From Vermamoeba vermiformis (taxonomy: Eukaryota): DNA of 64,000 bases. A model generated the notes under the pieces. The model was not told where the DNA came from and made no database searches. It saw nothing but the letters and a program-made list of their open reading frames with translations. The stretch is from the NCBI GenBank assembly GCA_045837725.1, contig JBEWZL010000119.1, positions 62,001 to 126,000 on the forward strand, given 5' to 3'. Below, in pieces: positions 12,802-25,700 of this stretch. How positions within the stretch are numbered: the stretch's first letter is position 1; each line of letters begins with the position of its first letter. The translations under genes and the position numbers were made by a program.

Positions 12802-14218
12802 TTACACACTAGTATCGCTGTTCTTGCTCGCAGTCTGCCACGAGTGTCTGACCACCAGTGAGGTCAGAGGTATGCGCTGGCCATCGTATCCGACGCGCAC
12901 GGAAATCTCCGGTCCGAGATTATCTTTCTCGACCGAGTCAATGACTTCTTGTGTCCACGTGTGACTCATGCCCAACCAAAATTGCCTTTTTAGGACGCAG
13001 TTCACTGATGAAGTCACGTGCTTGAGGCCAACACCAGTGTGACACGTGCTTGCCGCGCGGCAGCAGTGAGTCGACTACTGCTAGCTCCACTTCAGGTCCG
13101 TGCTGGTCACTGTTAGAGTGCCCTGGTTGATCAGAGTGCCCTGGTTGATCGCTGCTGTCACGTGACTGGGCCGACAGACCAATCAGCGCACGTGTCTCGG
13201 CACTCAGACCCACGCAGTCACTCATGTACAGCACTGCTCCGAACTTGTAGCCCGCGCAGTCACAGTTCGCACCGTGTTCCATGCTCTGTAATTGGTCAGT
13301 GCTATTGCCTAATTAGGAAAGTGACGTACGAAGGGCGTGATGGTCAGGCCTTCAATCTCAATCGGCGCGGTGTCGTACGTGCGGAAATCGAGCTGTGCCA
13401 CGAATGAACTGCCTGTAGCACGTGCTGTGTTTACCAAATAAGGAAATTTCTGTCGCATGGGCTCGAGGTCTTTGCCGCGCACATAAATAGGCAGCGAACC
13501 GCGCAGCACTCGTGTGTAGTCGCGCAGATCATCGAGCCCGAGTGCCTGGATGTGGCTGTTAGTCAATTGTGCTCAATGCCATGGATGTACTTACAGCATC
13601 AGCGTGGTCGTGGGTGATAATAACAGCATCTAATACGCGAATTTGATATTTAACGAGCCAAGTGAGCGCTGAATCCATGAATGTTTTGCCGCAGTCAATT
13701 AAAATATGTACGCGATAGTCTACGAGCTCATCGTCATCAGGCAGTGGTGTATCAATATCATTTGTCGTAGTGGAGGTGCTGCTCGCTGTATTATTGGTCG
13801 ATGCACCACTCGCAGTGGCGTCGGTTGATGGATTTGCTGGTTTTTGATAAAGAGTCTTTTCGTCTTCATGAGGACTTCTTATTTTACGTCTTATTTCGCC
13901 CTAATTTCATCGTTAATATTAATATTACTGCGTTGTAAGGTATTGAGAATTCAAAGACTGAGATCCGTTCGGAGAAATAACATGCACACGACCACGCACC
14001 TTAGTCTTCTTCGTATTAAATGCGATCATAGCCGATGTATTTCTGCGGCGATGAATGCTGTCGGGGCTGAATCTGGCTGCGTGACAAACTTCACAATGAA
14101 CACCGCCCGTCAAACAACTGAGACGAGGCACACCTTCAGAGGTACCTGAGCCTAATATAATCAGCTCGGGATTCAAATCAAAGGGTTCTATATTCACGGT
14201 CTTCGTAGTGTCTGTCAT
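12802..14218 (-). CDS. PhnP-like metallo-beta-lactamase hydrolase (eukaryotic THxHADA type); frame break near 12971
   Basis: LGSGTSEGVP, RRRNTS, ILIDCGKTF, ITHDHADA, GLDDLRD, EHG, YMSD, GMSH, VGYDG. The last two motifs lie in a different frame from PKKAILVG. Confidence 0.82.
13115..13150. repeat. perfect 18-bp tandem duplication inside the MBL CDS (DQPGHS x2)
   Basis: AGAGTGCCCTGGTTGATC at 13115-13132 and 13133-13150. Confidence 0.9.
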
Positions 14219-14320
14219 TGTGGGGAATTAAAGTCAAAAGCAAAAAAAATTAGTTTTATTTTTGATTTTCATCGCGCGAGCACGTATCACCGATTTCATA
14301 TCGATAGTGCGAATAGTGAT

Positions 14321-16583
14321 ATGGCTACACCAATCGAAGAAGTCGTGCACCAACTCCCTGGTGAGATCCCCGAAGGTTGTTCGGTGATCGAAGAGGGTCA
14401 AGCCAAAGTGTTGAAGCGCGGCAATGAAGTGTTTTACAATCCAGTGCAAGAGTTCAATCGCGATCTCTCTATTATGTCCATTAAGCTCTTCATTCAAATG
14501 CTGCGTGAAGAAGAAGGTAATTTGATAATTAAATAACGAATAATTGCGAAAAAAATTAGAAAAAATTCAGGCTACTTTGATATGATGTTGAGAAGGGCAT
14601 ATTTAACTAATATAATATTTTTATGAACAGTACAAAAGGCAGAAAAAAAGAAGGCGAAGGATCCAAATGCGGTTGTGCAACACAGACCCATTCGTGTGCT
14701 TGAAGCATTGTCAGCGACAGGATTGCGATCGATCAGATATTACAAAGAGATCCCTGGCCTAGCTAATATCACTGCTAATGACATTGATCCCAACGCCGTC
14801 AAAACGATCGAGCGCAACATTTTGTTCAACGGATTGAACACGCAACAAATCACTCCTAACTGCGGCGATGCTAGGTAAGCTAGTCACACAATAATAAATG
14901 TAAACTAACGCAGTGCAGCATGGTGATGTACAAAGCCAAAGACCCGAAGCAGCGCTACACGATAGTAGATCTCGATCCGTACGGTTCACCGGCTGATTTC
15001 CTCGATTCAGCCGTGCAGTCAGTCGAGGACGGCGGACTCTTGGCTGTCACGTGCACTGATCTCGGTGTGCTCTGCGGCAATCACGGTGAGACATGCTTCG
15101 CCAAGTACGGCACGATGCCCATCAAAGGCGCGCGCTACTGTCACGAACAGGCCCTCAGAATCGCCCTGGCCAGCATTCAGCAGCACGCCTCGCGCTACAA
15201 GCGGTACATTGTGCCCCTCGTCTCCATCTACGTAGACTTCTACGTGCGCATGTTTGTGCGCGTGTACACCTCGCCGCAAGAGGTCAAACAGGCCGGTGCG
15301 AAAGTGTCGCACGTGTATCAGTGCACGCAATGTGACTCGTATCACTTGGCACCCCTGGCCAAGATCACTGGCGAGGCTGGGCACCTCAAATTTGCCCCAG
15401 GCAGCGGTCCCCCAGTGAACATGACCTGCGCCGAGTGCAACAGCGTGTTCAAGATTGGTGGACCAGTGTGGAGCGAGCCCATTCACAACGCTGAATTCTT
15501 GTCGCGTGCCTTGCAACACTTGGGCACGGAGGAGAGCAAGCAGATGTACAAGACACACAAGCGCATCTTTGGTCTGTTGAGTGTGGCCAGTGAAGAGTTG
15601 CCCGATGTGCCCTTCTTCTACGTCGTGTCTTCGCTCGCCAACACATTGCGCCTCTCTTGTCCGCCCATCATGCCGCTCAGATCCGCACTCGTCAATGCAG
15701 GCTATCGTGTCTCGCTCAGTCACTGCGAGCCGAACAGTCTCAAAACTAACGCACCGACCTCATTTATTTGGGACATGATGCGCGCTTGGAATTTGAAACA
15801 AGATCAAGAACATCAAGTCAAACTCGACAAGTTGAGTGACACTTCGCCTGCAAAGTTGATCTTGTCCAAGGCTCCGACTGCAAATATTGACTTCACTGCG
15901 AACAAAGACGCCGAGAGCAAGTCACAGAACTTGCCGAGATATTTGCCCAATCCTAGTAAGTACATTTGATGCTACTCTACGACAGTACGGCGATTGACAC
16001 GTGTCATTTTCAGCCAAGGACTGGGGTCCAGGTGTGCGTGCAGGCAGCAAGCGCGACTTTGACACGATGAGCATGCAAGAGATCATTGACAAGCGACGCA
16101 CAGCGAGTCAAGAGAAACAGAACAAGAAGCGCAAGTTGATGGAACAAGGCATTTGCGTCAAATTCCAAAAGGTATCGTTCAGTACTATGCCTCGATCAAA
16201 CGATCGCACGTTTAATTCTAACTATAGAAATAACAATATCTCCAATAACCCTTTTAATCGCAACAATAATAATTCACTTTTTTCAAAAACACCTCGATCG
16301 CAATTCAAAATACACCATAATAGTAATCATTTAAATATGACAACTCGAATATTATCTGCGGTCAAAACGTTTGTAAAATTTTTGTGAGGTGCTAATTGAA
16401 ATAAACATAAATATCCTTGTATAATACACAGCTATTAATACTTTGTAATTAAAGGGATATTGTAAAAACGGTGACAAATGTAAATATAAACACATCCTCG
16501 GCACTGCAGAGACAGCCAACACTAACAACACTAACACAGACAATAATAATAATCCACCTGCCCCTGATGCCATGGTCGAATAA
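14321..16583 (+). CDS. TRM1: tRNA (guanine26-N2)-dimethyltransferase with C-terminal CCCH zinc finger
   Basis: VFYNPVQEFNRDLS, LEALSATGLRSIRY, DLDPYGS, CHEQALRI, PNP..WGP. Intron 16172-16454 joins CVKFQK|GYCKNGDKCKYKH; stop 16581-83. Confidence 0.93.
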
Positions 16584-16648
16584 CTCCGATAATAAACTTA
16601 CTTATTAACAGCACGAGTGTTGTTATAATTATTATTGGCTATACAATT

Positions 16649-17876
16649 TTATTCCGAGTCAGACTCCGAGGACGAGGCAGTGAACATGACCGAGTTGACA
16701 GTCATCGACAATTGACCGCCCTTGTAGCTGCCCTTCTTCTTCTTGGTCTTCTCGTGTCTGAATCTGTCGCCGTGCAAGTTGCGCAAGTCTTTGTCCGCCT
16801 TGAGACCATAGTCCTCACCACCCTTGGCGAGGTACGAGTTGTCAAACAGACGCGAGTCTTTGCCGTCAATCTTCACCTTCTCGGGGTCAATGCGCTTGAA
16901 CGGTGTCTTGGGCGTGGTGGGCTGTGAGCCAGTCTTCTGCTTCTTGGCCGAGTGTTCGCTGTTCTCGGACTCAGCTTCGCGCTTTCGCTTCTTGGAGCTC
17001 TCGTCCTTGGCGGGGGTCTTGGGCTGCTCGTCCTCGCTGTCACTGTCAGAGCTCGAGGATGAAGAGGACTCTAATTTCTTCTTCTTGGCTGACTCGGTCT
17101 TGGCGGGTTCAGCTTTCTTCTCAGGAGTCTTAGTCTCGGCCTTCTTGGCAGGCTTGGCTTCAGACTCGCTGTCGGAGTCGGATGAGCTGGAAGACGAGGC
17201 AAAAGTCTTCTTAGTAGGAGTTTTGTTGTCGGTCTTAGTGTTCTTCTCGGGGGTCTTAGTTTCAGTCTTCTTGGCAGGCTCAACTTTCTTCGGCTTCTCG
17301 TCTTCGCTGTCAGAGTCTGATGAGCTGGACGAAGAAGAGCTGCTGGCGTCCTACTAAGGATTAGAAATTATTGTTTACATTATTATTTTATATTATTACC
17401 TTCTTTGACTTTCCGTTTGTTTCTGGTTTTTTACTGCGGTAAACACGATCTGGTTAGTTGCGATCGAGATCGAAAAGCTTCCACATGGATGACTTACGCA
17501 GCGTTAGCCTTCAAAGAATTTTTGTAGATATCCATGAGGGATTGAGCGCCGTCGGTCTTCTTCAATTTGGCCTAGAAAAAGAGATCAGCGATCAGATCGT
17601 TAAATAAAAAATAGAAACTAATTAATATAATTTCCAATGAACGCGTATATATTCAAATTAATTTTGCGCTGAGAAGTTTGAAAAGCAACGAATTAAATAA
17701 ATCAAATCCCGGCTGCATCTACTTGCGATCTGTAACGGTTAAGTGTCTTCGACGGCAATAAAACTACTTACGGCATCGACTTCCTTTTTGAATGCCTTGA
17801 GAGTCTTTTTCAAACCATTTTCTGACAAGAAGTCGTGAATCAAAGGATACAAAGCGGATGGGGTGACGTCAGCCAT
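16649..17876 (-). CDS. SRP40: SRP40/Nopp140 nucleolar phosphoprotein
   Basis: N-terminal LisH-like LYPLIHDFLSENGLKKT, alternating S/D/E and K/P blocks, C-terminal SRP40 domain PFKRID...YGLKADKDL...FRHEKTKKKKGSYKGG. Confidence 0.92.
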
Positions 17877-17998
17877 TTCTTGTGCTATTTATAAAGAATG
17901 AATAGTTGTTTCGTTAATCACTGAGCTGCTACAAAGCTTGTTGTGGTTGTTTGTTGTCAGTCGGCCGAACAAAAAGAGCACGCGTGAAATATCAATTT

Positions 17999-18229
17999 CT
18001 AGCGCACCACAGCGGTCTCCGTAAGGTTATTTTTGGTAAACCTGTGGTCCTGCTGGCTCTTAAATGTAGTGGAACGATAAGAATCTCTCGTGCACGTTGC
18101 GCCAGGTGTTACGGGCACAAGTCAAACTCGTTGAATCCTTGCTAAGGATTTGAGAACGCGTACGTTCGCTTGCATCCTAAGTTCTCGGCGCCAAGCAATA
18201 CGGTGTGTTCTACACTGTGTATCACAATC
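17999..18229 (+). ncRNA. putative structured RNA of unknown class
   Basis: Several hand-folded helices (ACCACAG/CTGTGGT, AATCCTT/AAGGATT, GAGAAC/GTTCTC, GCGCC/GGCGC) in a GC-rich island of an AT-rich spacer. Confidence 0.35.
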
Positions 18230-18552
18230 TAATTGAATCGGATTGAATAGAATTGATTCGCGCAGAAAAGATTTAGCTCCGTGAATGAAAGACACGAACA
18301 CTCGTCTTTAGAACAGATATTGATACCTTTGACTTGATACACAAGTTGATGACTATTTAACTCATTGGCTGTTAATTTCTAAACGTAAGAAGCTGGAACT
18401 GCCAAGTGGCGCCTTTTTTTGGTCAAATCCAGTGGAAACTCGAAAATATTGATATCATTGCTTTATTCTACTAGGATAATTATTATACGACGCAATTTAT
18501 TCAAATTAATTTTAATTGGACAATTTAACAATATTTTGATAGCCAGATCGTG

Positions 18553-21370
18553 ATGCCGCACTCAATGGATGCAAGCATCATCCTCCAAACGGAGTTGCTT
18601 TGTGGTAAGTGTCTCAAATTAATCATGAGGCCAATTTATTACTTCGATCTCTCGCGGATCTTTCCTAGCATTTAACATAAACACTGTTACTGATGTAATT
18701 ATTAGTGCCTACTCAATGGCTGTTCGTTGATCTAACCAGGGATCATCGAGTTAAGGACTGGATCTCTCCACTTGATAAAATCAATGCGATCGACCACTTA
18801 ACATTCCAACACGACGAGTTGAGCTCTAAAAATATGAAAGAACTAAAAAAACAGTACAAAGCTTCACGTCCTAATTTCTTGGAACAATTTGGAGCACTTT
18901 ACGACAAGGGGTAGGTGGATCAGGTCTTGCAGTGCTCGAGTGACAGCTACTCACTTCTATTCTGCAGCATTAAGGACGGGACACGTGGCAGACTAGCAGT
19001 GTGGTTCATCGGCGATGCAGATGACGAGTGGAGTGCGTTCTTGTTGAATGAACTGCCTCTCGACCTCGCCAATTACTGCTACTGGAAGCAGAAGTACTTG
19101 CCTGTCGTGGTGCGTGTGGGCATTGGCAGTCAAACAGCGACCAACGACTTGCTAAGGGCCCTGAGCTCGCAGTACTTTGACATGCCTGCATTCGACGTCA
19201 AGTACGTGCTATTCTTGTGTGACATGTGTGACATGCCCGTGCTAACATCAAACAGATTCGAGACCAAACCCGATCACGCGCTCGGAGTGTACAGCAATCC
19301 GTATGACACGTGCTGCACGGTGTCTGACGATCAGCCCATCAAAGAGCTGTTGAGCAAGTTGATCCCATTGCACTTGGTCGAGACACAATTTGCCAAGCGA
19401 TACAGGTACTAGTAATTCGACCAGTGCAATGAAATCTAATTCGATTGCAGGAATGACACGCTGGGCAGTGGAGGTCAGCTGTACGTGGTGGAAGAGACAC
19501 TGGTCAGTTCAGTCTCGCACTTCCGTCGCATTGATTGGCTCGTCCTCGCGCAGGTCAGCATGACATACTTCATTCAATATGTATGTTTTATTAACTATTA
19601 ATAGGTGGAATATTGTCCTCGCTTGTGGCAGTTAGACAAACAAAATATCTTCGAGGAATTCCATCACCTGCTCGATTATCGTCATTGGAAGGGCCGTTTC
19701 AAGCAATTGAGTGACGAAGACACTGACTACAGCAAACTCATCGACTTGTCACGCATTTCAGCCGAGGATACGATGATTCGTCGCCGACAACGTGAAAAGA
19801 ATTGGGAGTCAGTACTGACCGACGATAAGAAGCGACACGTGACACATGACTTGACACTGCTCGAAGACAACATGTTCCGCATCACTAGCACCGACATGCA
19901 TTCGTTCAAAGAGTTGATCTTGTGTCTGCAGCGCCAAACACGCTGGACTGAAAGTTTGAAGTGGCTCGACATCATTCAAAAGCGCAAGAAGTATCCACAC
20001 GTGTTCATCAAATTGAAGGGTGTGTCGCTGCTGAAGTCAGGTGATGAAACTGAGGGCCGCAAGTGGTTAGCCAAATATCGCTCTGCCATTTTGAATGAAT
20101 ACGAAGACAGCGTGTTGTTAGGCTCACCAATGAGTGTTGCGGATCAAGCAGCGGTAAGTGCCATGAACTATTTTAGTATCGCACTGCTAACGCCATTCAT
20201 TGCAGACTTACAGTGAAGTCGCAGCAGTGGCCCTGGTCGAAGGTGACAGCAATGTGGCTCTCGAATATGCCGTCAAAGCACTGCAACTGAACAAAAAACT
20301 CGTGCAAGCGTACAAAACATTGACTTGGGCCTCGTGCGAGTCTGGAAAGGGAGACTGGAGCTCTGAAGAGTTAGTGTTCTCATTTTTCATGAGCTACTTG
20401 AAGAATCCGACCATGGGCGAGCAGTACTACACCAAAGTCACCGAAAATTTCCCGAACAATCCGCACTACAGATATTACTACGCTATTTTCTTGTCATTAG
20501 TGTTGAATGACCGTGAACGTGCGGAAGAAATGTTTCAAGAGAGTTTGCGAGCATTTGGCGATCATCCCCGAGTACTCGAGAGGTACGTTTGACTAACTAA
20601 TTGTTACAGCTTAATTAACATATATTAATCACTCTTACAGCTATGCGACGTTTTTATTCCAGAAAGGTCACAATGACTCAGCGGAAATTGAGCGCTATTA
20701 TCGCAAGGCGCTGAAGGCAGATCCAGACAACTTAATCATCACGGCAAATATGGCAGCATTTCTATTAGCGGCTGATCCCAAAAAGAACATGGAAGAAGGG
20801 CTCACCATGCTCGATCGGGTGTTATTCAGCAGCGGAATTCTTGAGCGAGAGCCGGATCTGGCACTTGAATGCTGGTTCTACGCACTCATTTACAAGCCTC
20901 TCGACAGATATTATGAATCTCTGAAAGGAGTCAAATTAGCCTATCGTACTGGAGCGCGTGCCCATGGTAAGTATCTCTGGCACGTGTCAACATGTCAAAA
21001 CTAACCTTAGTGCAGGTTGGGACTTTTCTATGCACTTCGCCTATGCTGAACGCACCAAACATCCTGACTTGCATTGGATCAAAATCCTCGCTGATGTGAT
21101 TACAAATCAGGTAAGACTTTCGTTAATTTGACACGTGTCACTAATTTGACCTGCTTGTAGTGCACCATTGAGCGGTTACAAGGCTGGACTGCATGGTGGA
21201 CAGCAAAGACAGACCGAATCTTCGAGTCCAAGAGTACTAGCGCACTATCTACCAGCACGAGTACTACTGCTGCACCAGCTACATCCACGGTGAACAAGAA
21301 GAAAGTGTTCCCCACTGCTTATTCACGCCAAGCAAAACAAGCTAAACCGGCTGCTAAACCCGAACAGTAG
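18553..21370 (+). CDS. multi-exon TPR-containing protein (probably continues into 21400-22215)
   Basis: Helical repeats ALEYAVKALQLNKK, YYAIFLSLVLNDRERAEEMFQESL, YYRKALKADPDN; canonical introns. Confidence 0.7.
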
Positions 21371-21399
21371 TCGTCAATGATGAAAATAGGCGCGAGAAC

Positions 21400-22215
21400 A
21401 TGACAGCGAGCACGGGCACGGATGCTGGCGATGATGGCACGAGCACACCACCACTCTCCCCGACCACCAAGCAGTTGACTCAGACACTCGCGCGCAGATC
21501 TTCTTCAAACAACACGAACAATTCGATGCGCACTCCGCCTGGCTCACCACTCGCTTTCCGCTTACCATCGCCTGTGGCTAAAAAAGGAAGTGCAGAGCGT
21601 GCAGTCATGCGCTCTAAATCGAGTCTCGACTTCACTGTGGATCAGCTCGCGAATAACGACACGACTGGTCTGAAGTTAACTGCCTCCAAAGAGATCAGTG
21701 CATTTGATTTCTCGCCGCAAGTTGGTAAAGACTCGAAAAAACGAAAATTGAGCGAGTCAAGCGGAGATAACAAGGCCCCAAGAGATTCCACGACACGCGC
21801 CAGTAAAGTTGCCAAATATAGCAAAGATCAGAGCCCTTCAGAATCTCCTCGATCTGCTAGCTCTGCAGAGTCGCCTATGAAGTTAGACTTGTCTTCTATG
21901 GACTCTTCGACTTCTCCCTTGTCGCCGCGTAGATCTCCCCGCGCCAGGAAAACTGCAACGCGCGATCCATCGCCGTTTGCTTTCCCTGATGATCACCCGC
22001 CTGTTGCGCGTAAGCTGCCATTATCCCCTGGCAAGCCAGTCGCCGCCACTACTGTAAAGCGGAACAATGTCAAATTGGATCTCGTAAATGAGCCAGTACA
22101 CGCCAAGTTGGATTTGACAGCAACTGATAGTACAACACCAGTATCAAATGGCTTCAAACCAATACTTCCTAGCAGTCCACCAAAATCTGGCAAGGTCTAT
22201 TCTCGGCGCAAGTAA
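21400..22215 (+). CDS. S/P/K-rich disordered segment, likely the C-terminal tail of the TPR gene
   Basis: 271-codon ORF starting 30 nt after the upstream stop, leaving no room for a promoter; its frame is open back to 21358. Confidence 0.55.
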   Translation: MTASTGTDAGDDGTSTPPLSPTTKQLTQTLARRSSSNNTNNSMRTPPGSPLAFRLPSPVAKKGSAERAVMRSKSSLDFTVDQLANNDTTGLKLTASKEISAFDFSPQVGKDSKKRKLSESSGDNKAPRDSTTRASKVAKYSKDQSPSESPRSASSAESPMKLDLSSMDSSTSPLSPRRSPRARKTATRDPSPFAFPDDHPPVARKLPLSPGKPVAATTVKRNNVKLDLVNEPVHAKLDLTATDSTTPVSNGFKPILPSSPPKSGKVYSRRK

Positions 22216-22757
22216 GATCTTTCTTAAATAGAGCTTTGTTAATACTTTCAATTTTTTCTGCGTCTAAATCATGTAATATAAATGTTTATTTTAATTTTGG
22301 AAAAACCGTATCGCTGATGGCGTACTTTAACTAAAAAATCACCAAAATCTTAAACGAAATTAGCGTAAGAACAGATCTGACAGCAGATCTAAGGTGCGGA
22401 GCTGCGCACATTTATATTTTATTTGACTGAATCTAAAAGATTCATGCTTTACCAAACTTAGGCACTATTATTTTGGAAAAATTTTAATTCGCCCACGCAT
22501 TTTGCGCGAGATTCTTAAAACTCCCATAAACCGCTTCAATGTGCACAATTCACACGTGATCATGAGTGTTACTGATTGGTGGCGTTTAATTTTGGCTAAA
22601 TTTCTCGTGACTCACCCAATCAAGTGAGGCGATCACGTTTTTGCGTGTCATGTGCTAGGATGGGATAAATTGTTTTGAAAAAGATTCATTTTTTTATCCC
22701 CAGATCCAGTCATTACAACCCACAACTGGATTGTACATACTTCTAAAACACTTGTAA

Positions 22758-25700
22758 ATGACTGTATATAGACTGATATTGCTGTTGGCCGCTTTGCTGG
22801 CCGTCGCTTCCGCTGCTACATCGTAAGTGTTGATTTACTGCCATTCTCAGAACTCTCTGAAACTCGTTGATTACGCGATGATGCTAATCTATTTGTTGTA
22901 TTATAGTTGTGCAGCGGATTGGGAGTGCGGTGTAAGCGAATATTGCACTTCAACTCGCACTTGCGGTCCTAATGCCGGTGCATCCGTTTCAGATTTTTAT
23001 CCTTTTGGCGTCAGTAAAGGTAAGATTGTTACCCTATGCCTTAGATCATATTATCATCGAAATTGTGTTAATTAATCGTGCTGAAATGATTTCAGTTCTC
23101 TGAAAACTCGAGTAAAAATCAGTACGTGATCCACAACACTGACTAATCCCTCGTAACAGGTGACACTAAACTACGAGGAGATGATGCCAAAGCGATTATA
23201 TCCAACAATATGAACTTTCCATTCGCTGGCACGACTTACACCAACATTTTCATCGGCAGCAATGGTCTGATCTCATTCGGAAATCAAGGTGGCGTTCCTT
23301 TCAATAACCTGGACCCGCGACCGTTCCCTATTGAAAATTCTACGTTCATCGCGCCACTTTGGATGGACTATGGTAAATTTTACAGTTTCTTGCAATTTTC
23401 AGCAATTTTTAACGCAGATCTCGCTTAGACAATCGCCAAAATCTCGCCAATGATGCCAATTCAATCTATTATCGCACCACTACGGATAGCTCTATTACGA
23501 GCCGAGCTACTGACGATGTTCGCAAGGCATTTGGTCTCTCAGACTTCAATGCTGAACACGTAATCATTGCCACTTGGTTCAAAGTCGGCAAGTGGAAGCG
23601 TGCGACTGACAAGCTGAACACCTTCCAAGTGGTTCTCATCACCGACGGTGTTCAAAGCTTTTCTGTCCTTTACTACAGTCGTAAGTAATTCGCCTTACAA
23701 TTTCAAAGTCAAGGCTCATTTTACTCACACTTCCTAATTTAGACATTGGTACTCGTATTGCTCACGGCTTGTTCGCGCGAGCTGGTTTCAATTCCAACTC
23801 TGCCAAGGTGACTTCAGTCGCATTTGAATTGCCCGCTAGTGGTACTGCAACCATTGACACTACACTGGAGACTACGTCGAATGTTAATTTCAAGGGCAAG
23901 TGGATCTACCAAATCACTGGTGAGATCCGAGGTGCTACCAACGCGAACACTGAATGCTCCGTGGACGACGATTGCGCTGTGGACAAGTGGTGCGATTTGA
24001 CGAACAATGGCGGCAAGTGCGTGCCCAACGAAGGCCTGGCACTCACCGACTTCTATCCATTCGGCAAAGATCAGCCCGATCAAGCTCTGCCGCAAGGTGA
24101 TGACAGCAAGGACCAGCTCTCTTCACCCACGCCATTCATCTTCTTGGGCGAGTCATTCCCGTACATCTTTGTCGGCTCCAATGGTTTGATTAGCTTCGGC
24201 AAGTCAGCTTCTTCGGCCGCATTCAATTCTTTCACGCCCAAACAACTGCCTGTCGCTGATGAGACCTTCATTGCTGCCTATTGGACTGACACCGACACAT
24301 CAGTACCGCTCAAGAACAATGGCAACAACATCTACTACCGCATGAGCACCAACTCCGCCATTCTCAATCGCTTCACCATGGACATTCACAACTTGATGTC
24401 CTCCACTCCTGGCGCAGCTGACTTCAATGCTCGCGCCGTGGCGATTGTCACTTGGTTCCGCGTCGGTCGATACAGCAACATTGTCGACAAATTGAGCACG
24501 TGGCAAGCAGTCCTCGGTACTGATGGTACGAACACTTACGTCATCTTCAACTACGGTCGATTGGCTTGGTCTTATGCCAACCTCCGCTTTGCTCGCATCG
24601 GTTTCAACAACAAGGACACGTACTACGAGTTGACCCAGAGCGGCAGTGAAGATGCTAGCAGCTTGGCGACATCGAGCAATGTGAACAAGAACGGCCAGTG
24701 GGTCTTCAAGGTCGATACTCTCAAGGCTACGACCCCTCCAGTCTCGCCCCCCACGACTACGCCTCCGCCCCCCACTCCTCCCACGACACCACCGGTCGCC
24801 CCTCCTGTCACACCACCAGTCTCCCCTCCTACCCCCACCACTCCAGTCGTGACTGCTCGTCGCAGTGTTGGTCAGCCTCTCACTACTGCGGATCCCTACT
24901 TCCCATTCTTGCGCACTCACCCCGAAACTCCTCCCGCGCAATTGTTGGGTCCTATTCCCATGCCCTACCCGACCAACTCATGGCACACCAACATGTATCT
25001 CAATCAAGGCAACATGCCCATGGTCACCAGCCCTTACGTGGTCCAAGTGCGCAACACTGGCATTCAACTCAGCTACACCAATCGCGTCTTCTCTGCCGGT
25101 GGTGGCTACACAGTGTTCATCAACAACTTGTCTGTCGGCCCCTCTGAAACGATCAATCAGCGCAGGGTCTTGGATTGGGATATCATGTCTGTCACCATGC
25201 TGTGGTCCAACAATCCTCCTACTTCATACAACGCTGACACTATTAACTACGGCACTCGTGCTAACTCCATGATTGCTCCCTTCATTCAAGGCAGTCCTTA
25301 CATCACCACCAAGTGGGACGGTTTGACTCCTACCATCTCCACTTCACACGCCCTTCTCAACGTGAACGGTGGCACAGCTGGTCAAATCTCAGGCACCAAG
25401 TTCAAAGTCACCCTGAACAACGGTCAGACTTGGTTGATCTACGCCTCCAACTCGATCACATTCAACCGCAATGGCAACGCGCTCACTGCCTCTGGTCCCT
25501 ACAGGGGTACTATTCGTGTTGTAGTCCTCACCAACGACAGCTTCGAATCAGTGCTCGATGCCAACAGCGCTTCAGTGCCCATTGCCACCAAGGTTGGCTG
25601 GACTGCCTCTGGCGACACTGCCGTCCTTCAGTTCGATTTCATCACTGAAGACAACTCTGCACCTCTCATGATGACTTTGCCCCACCACCGCGACATGATG

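Noticed and set aside
16200-16387. Asn-rich continuation of the TRM1 ORF
   Set aside because: It is intron read-through; splicing 16172-16454 restores a CCCH finger.
18029-18036. Sm-like site ATTTTTGG suggesting a spliceosomal snRNA
   Set aside because: No U1, U2, U4, U5, U11 or U12 signature sequence nearby.
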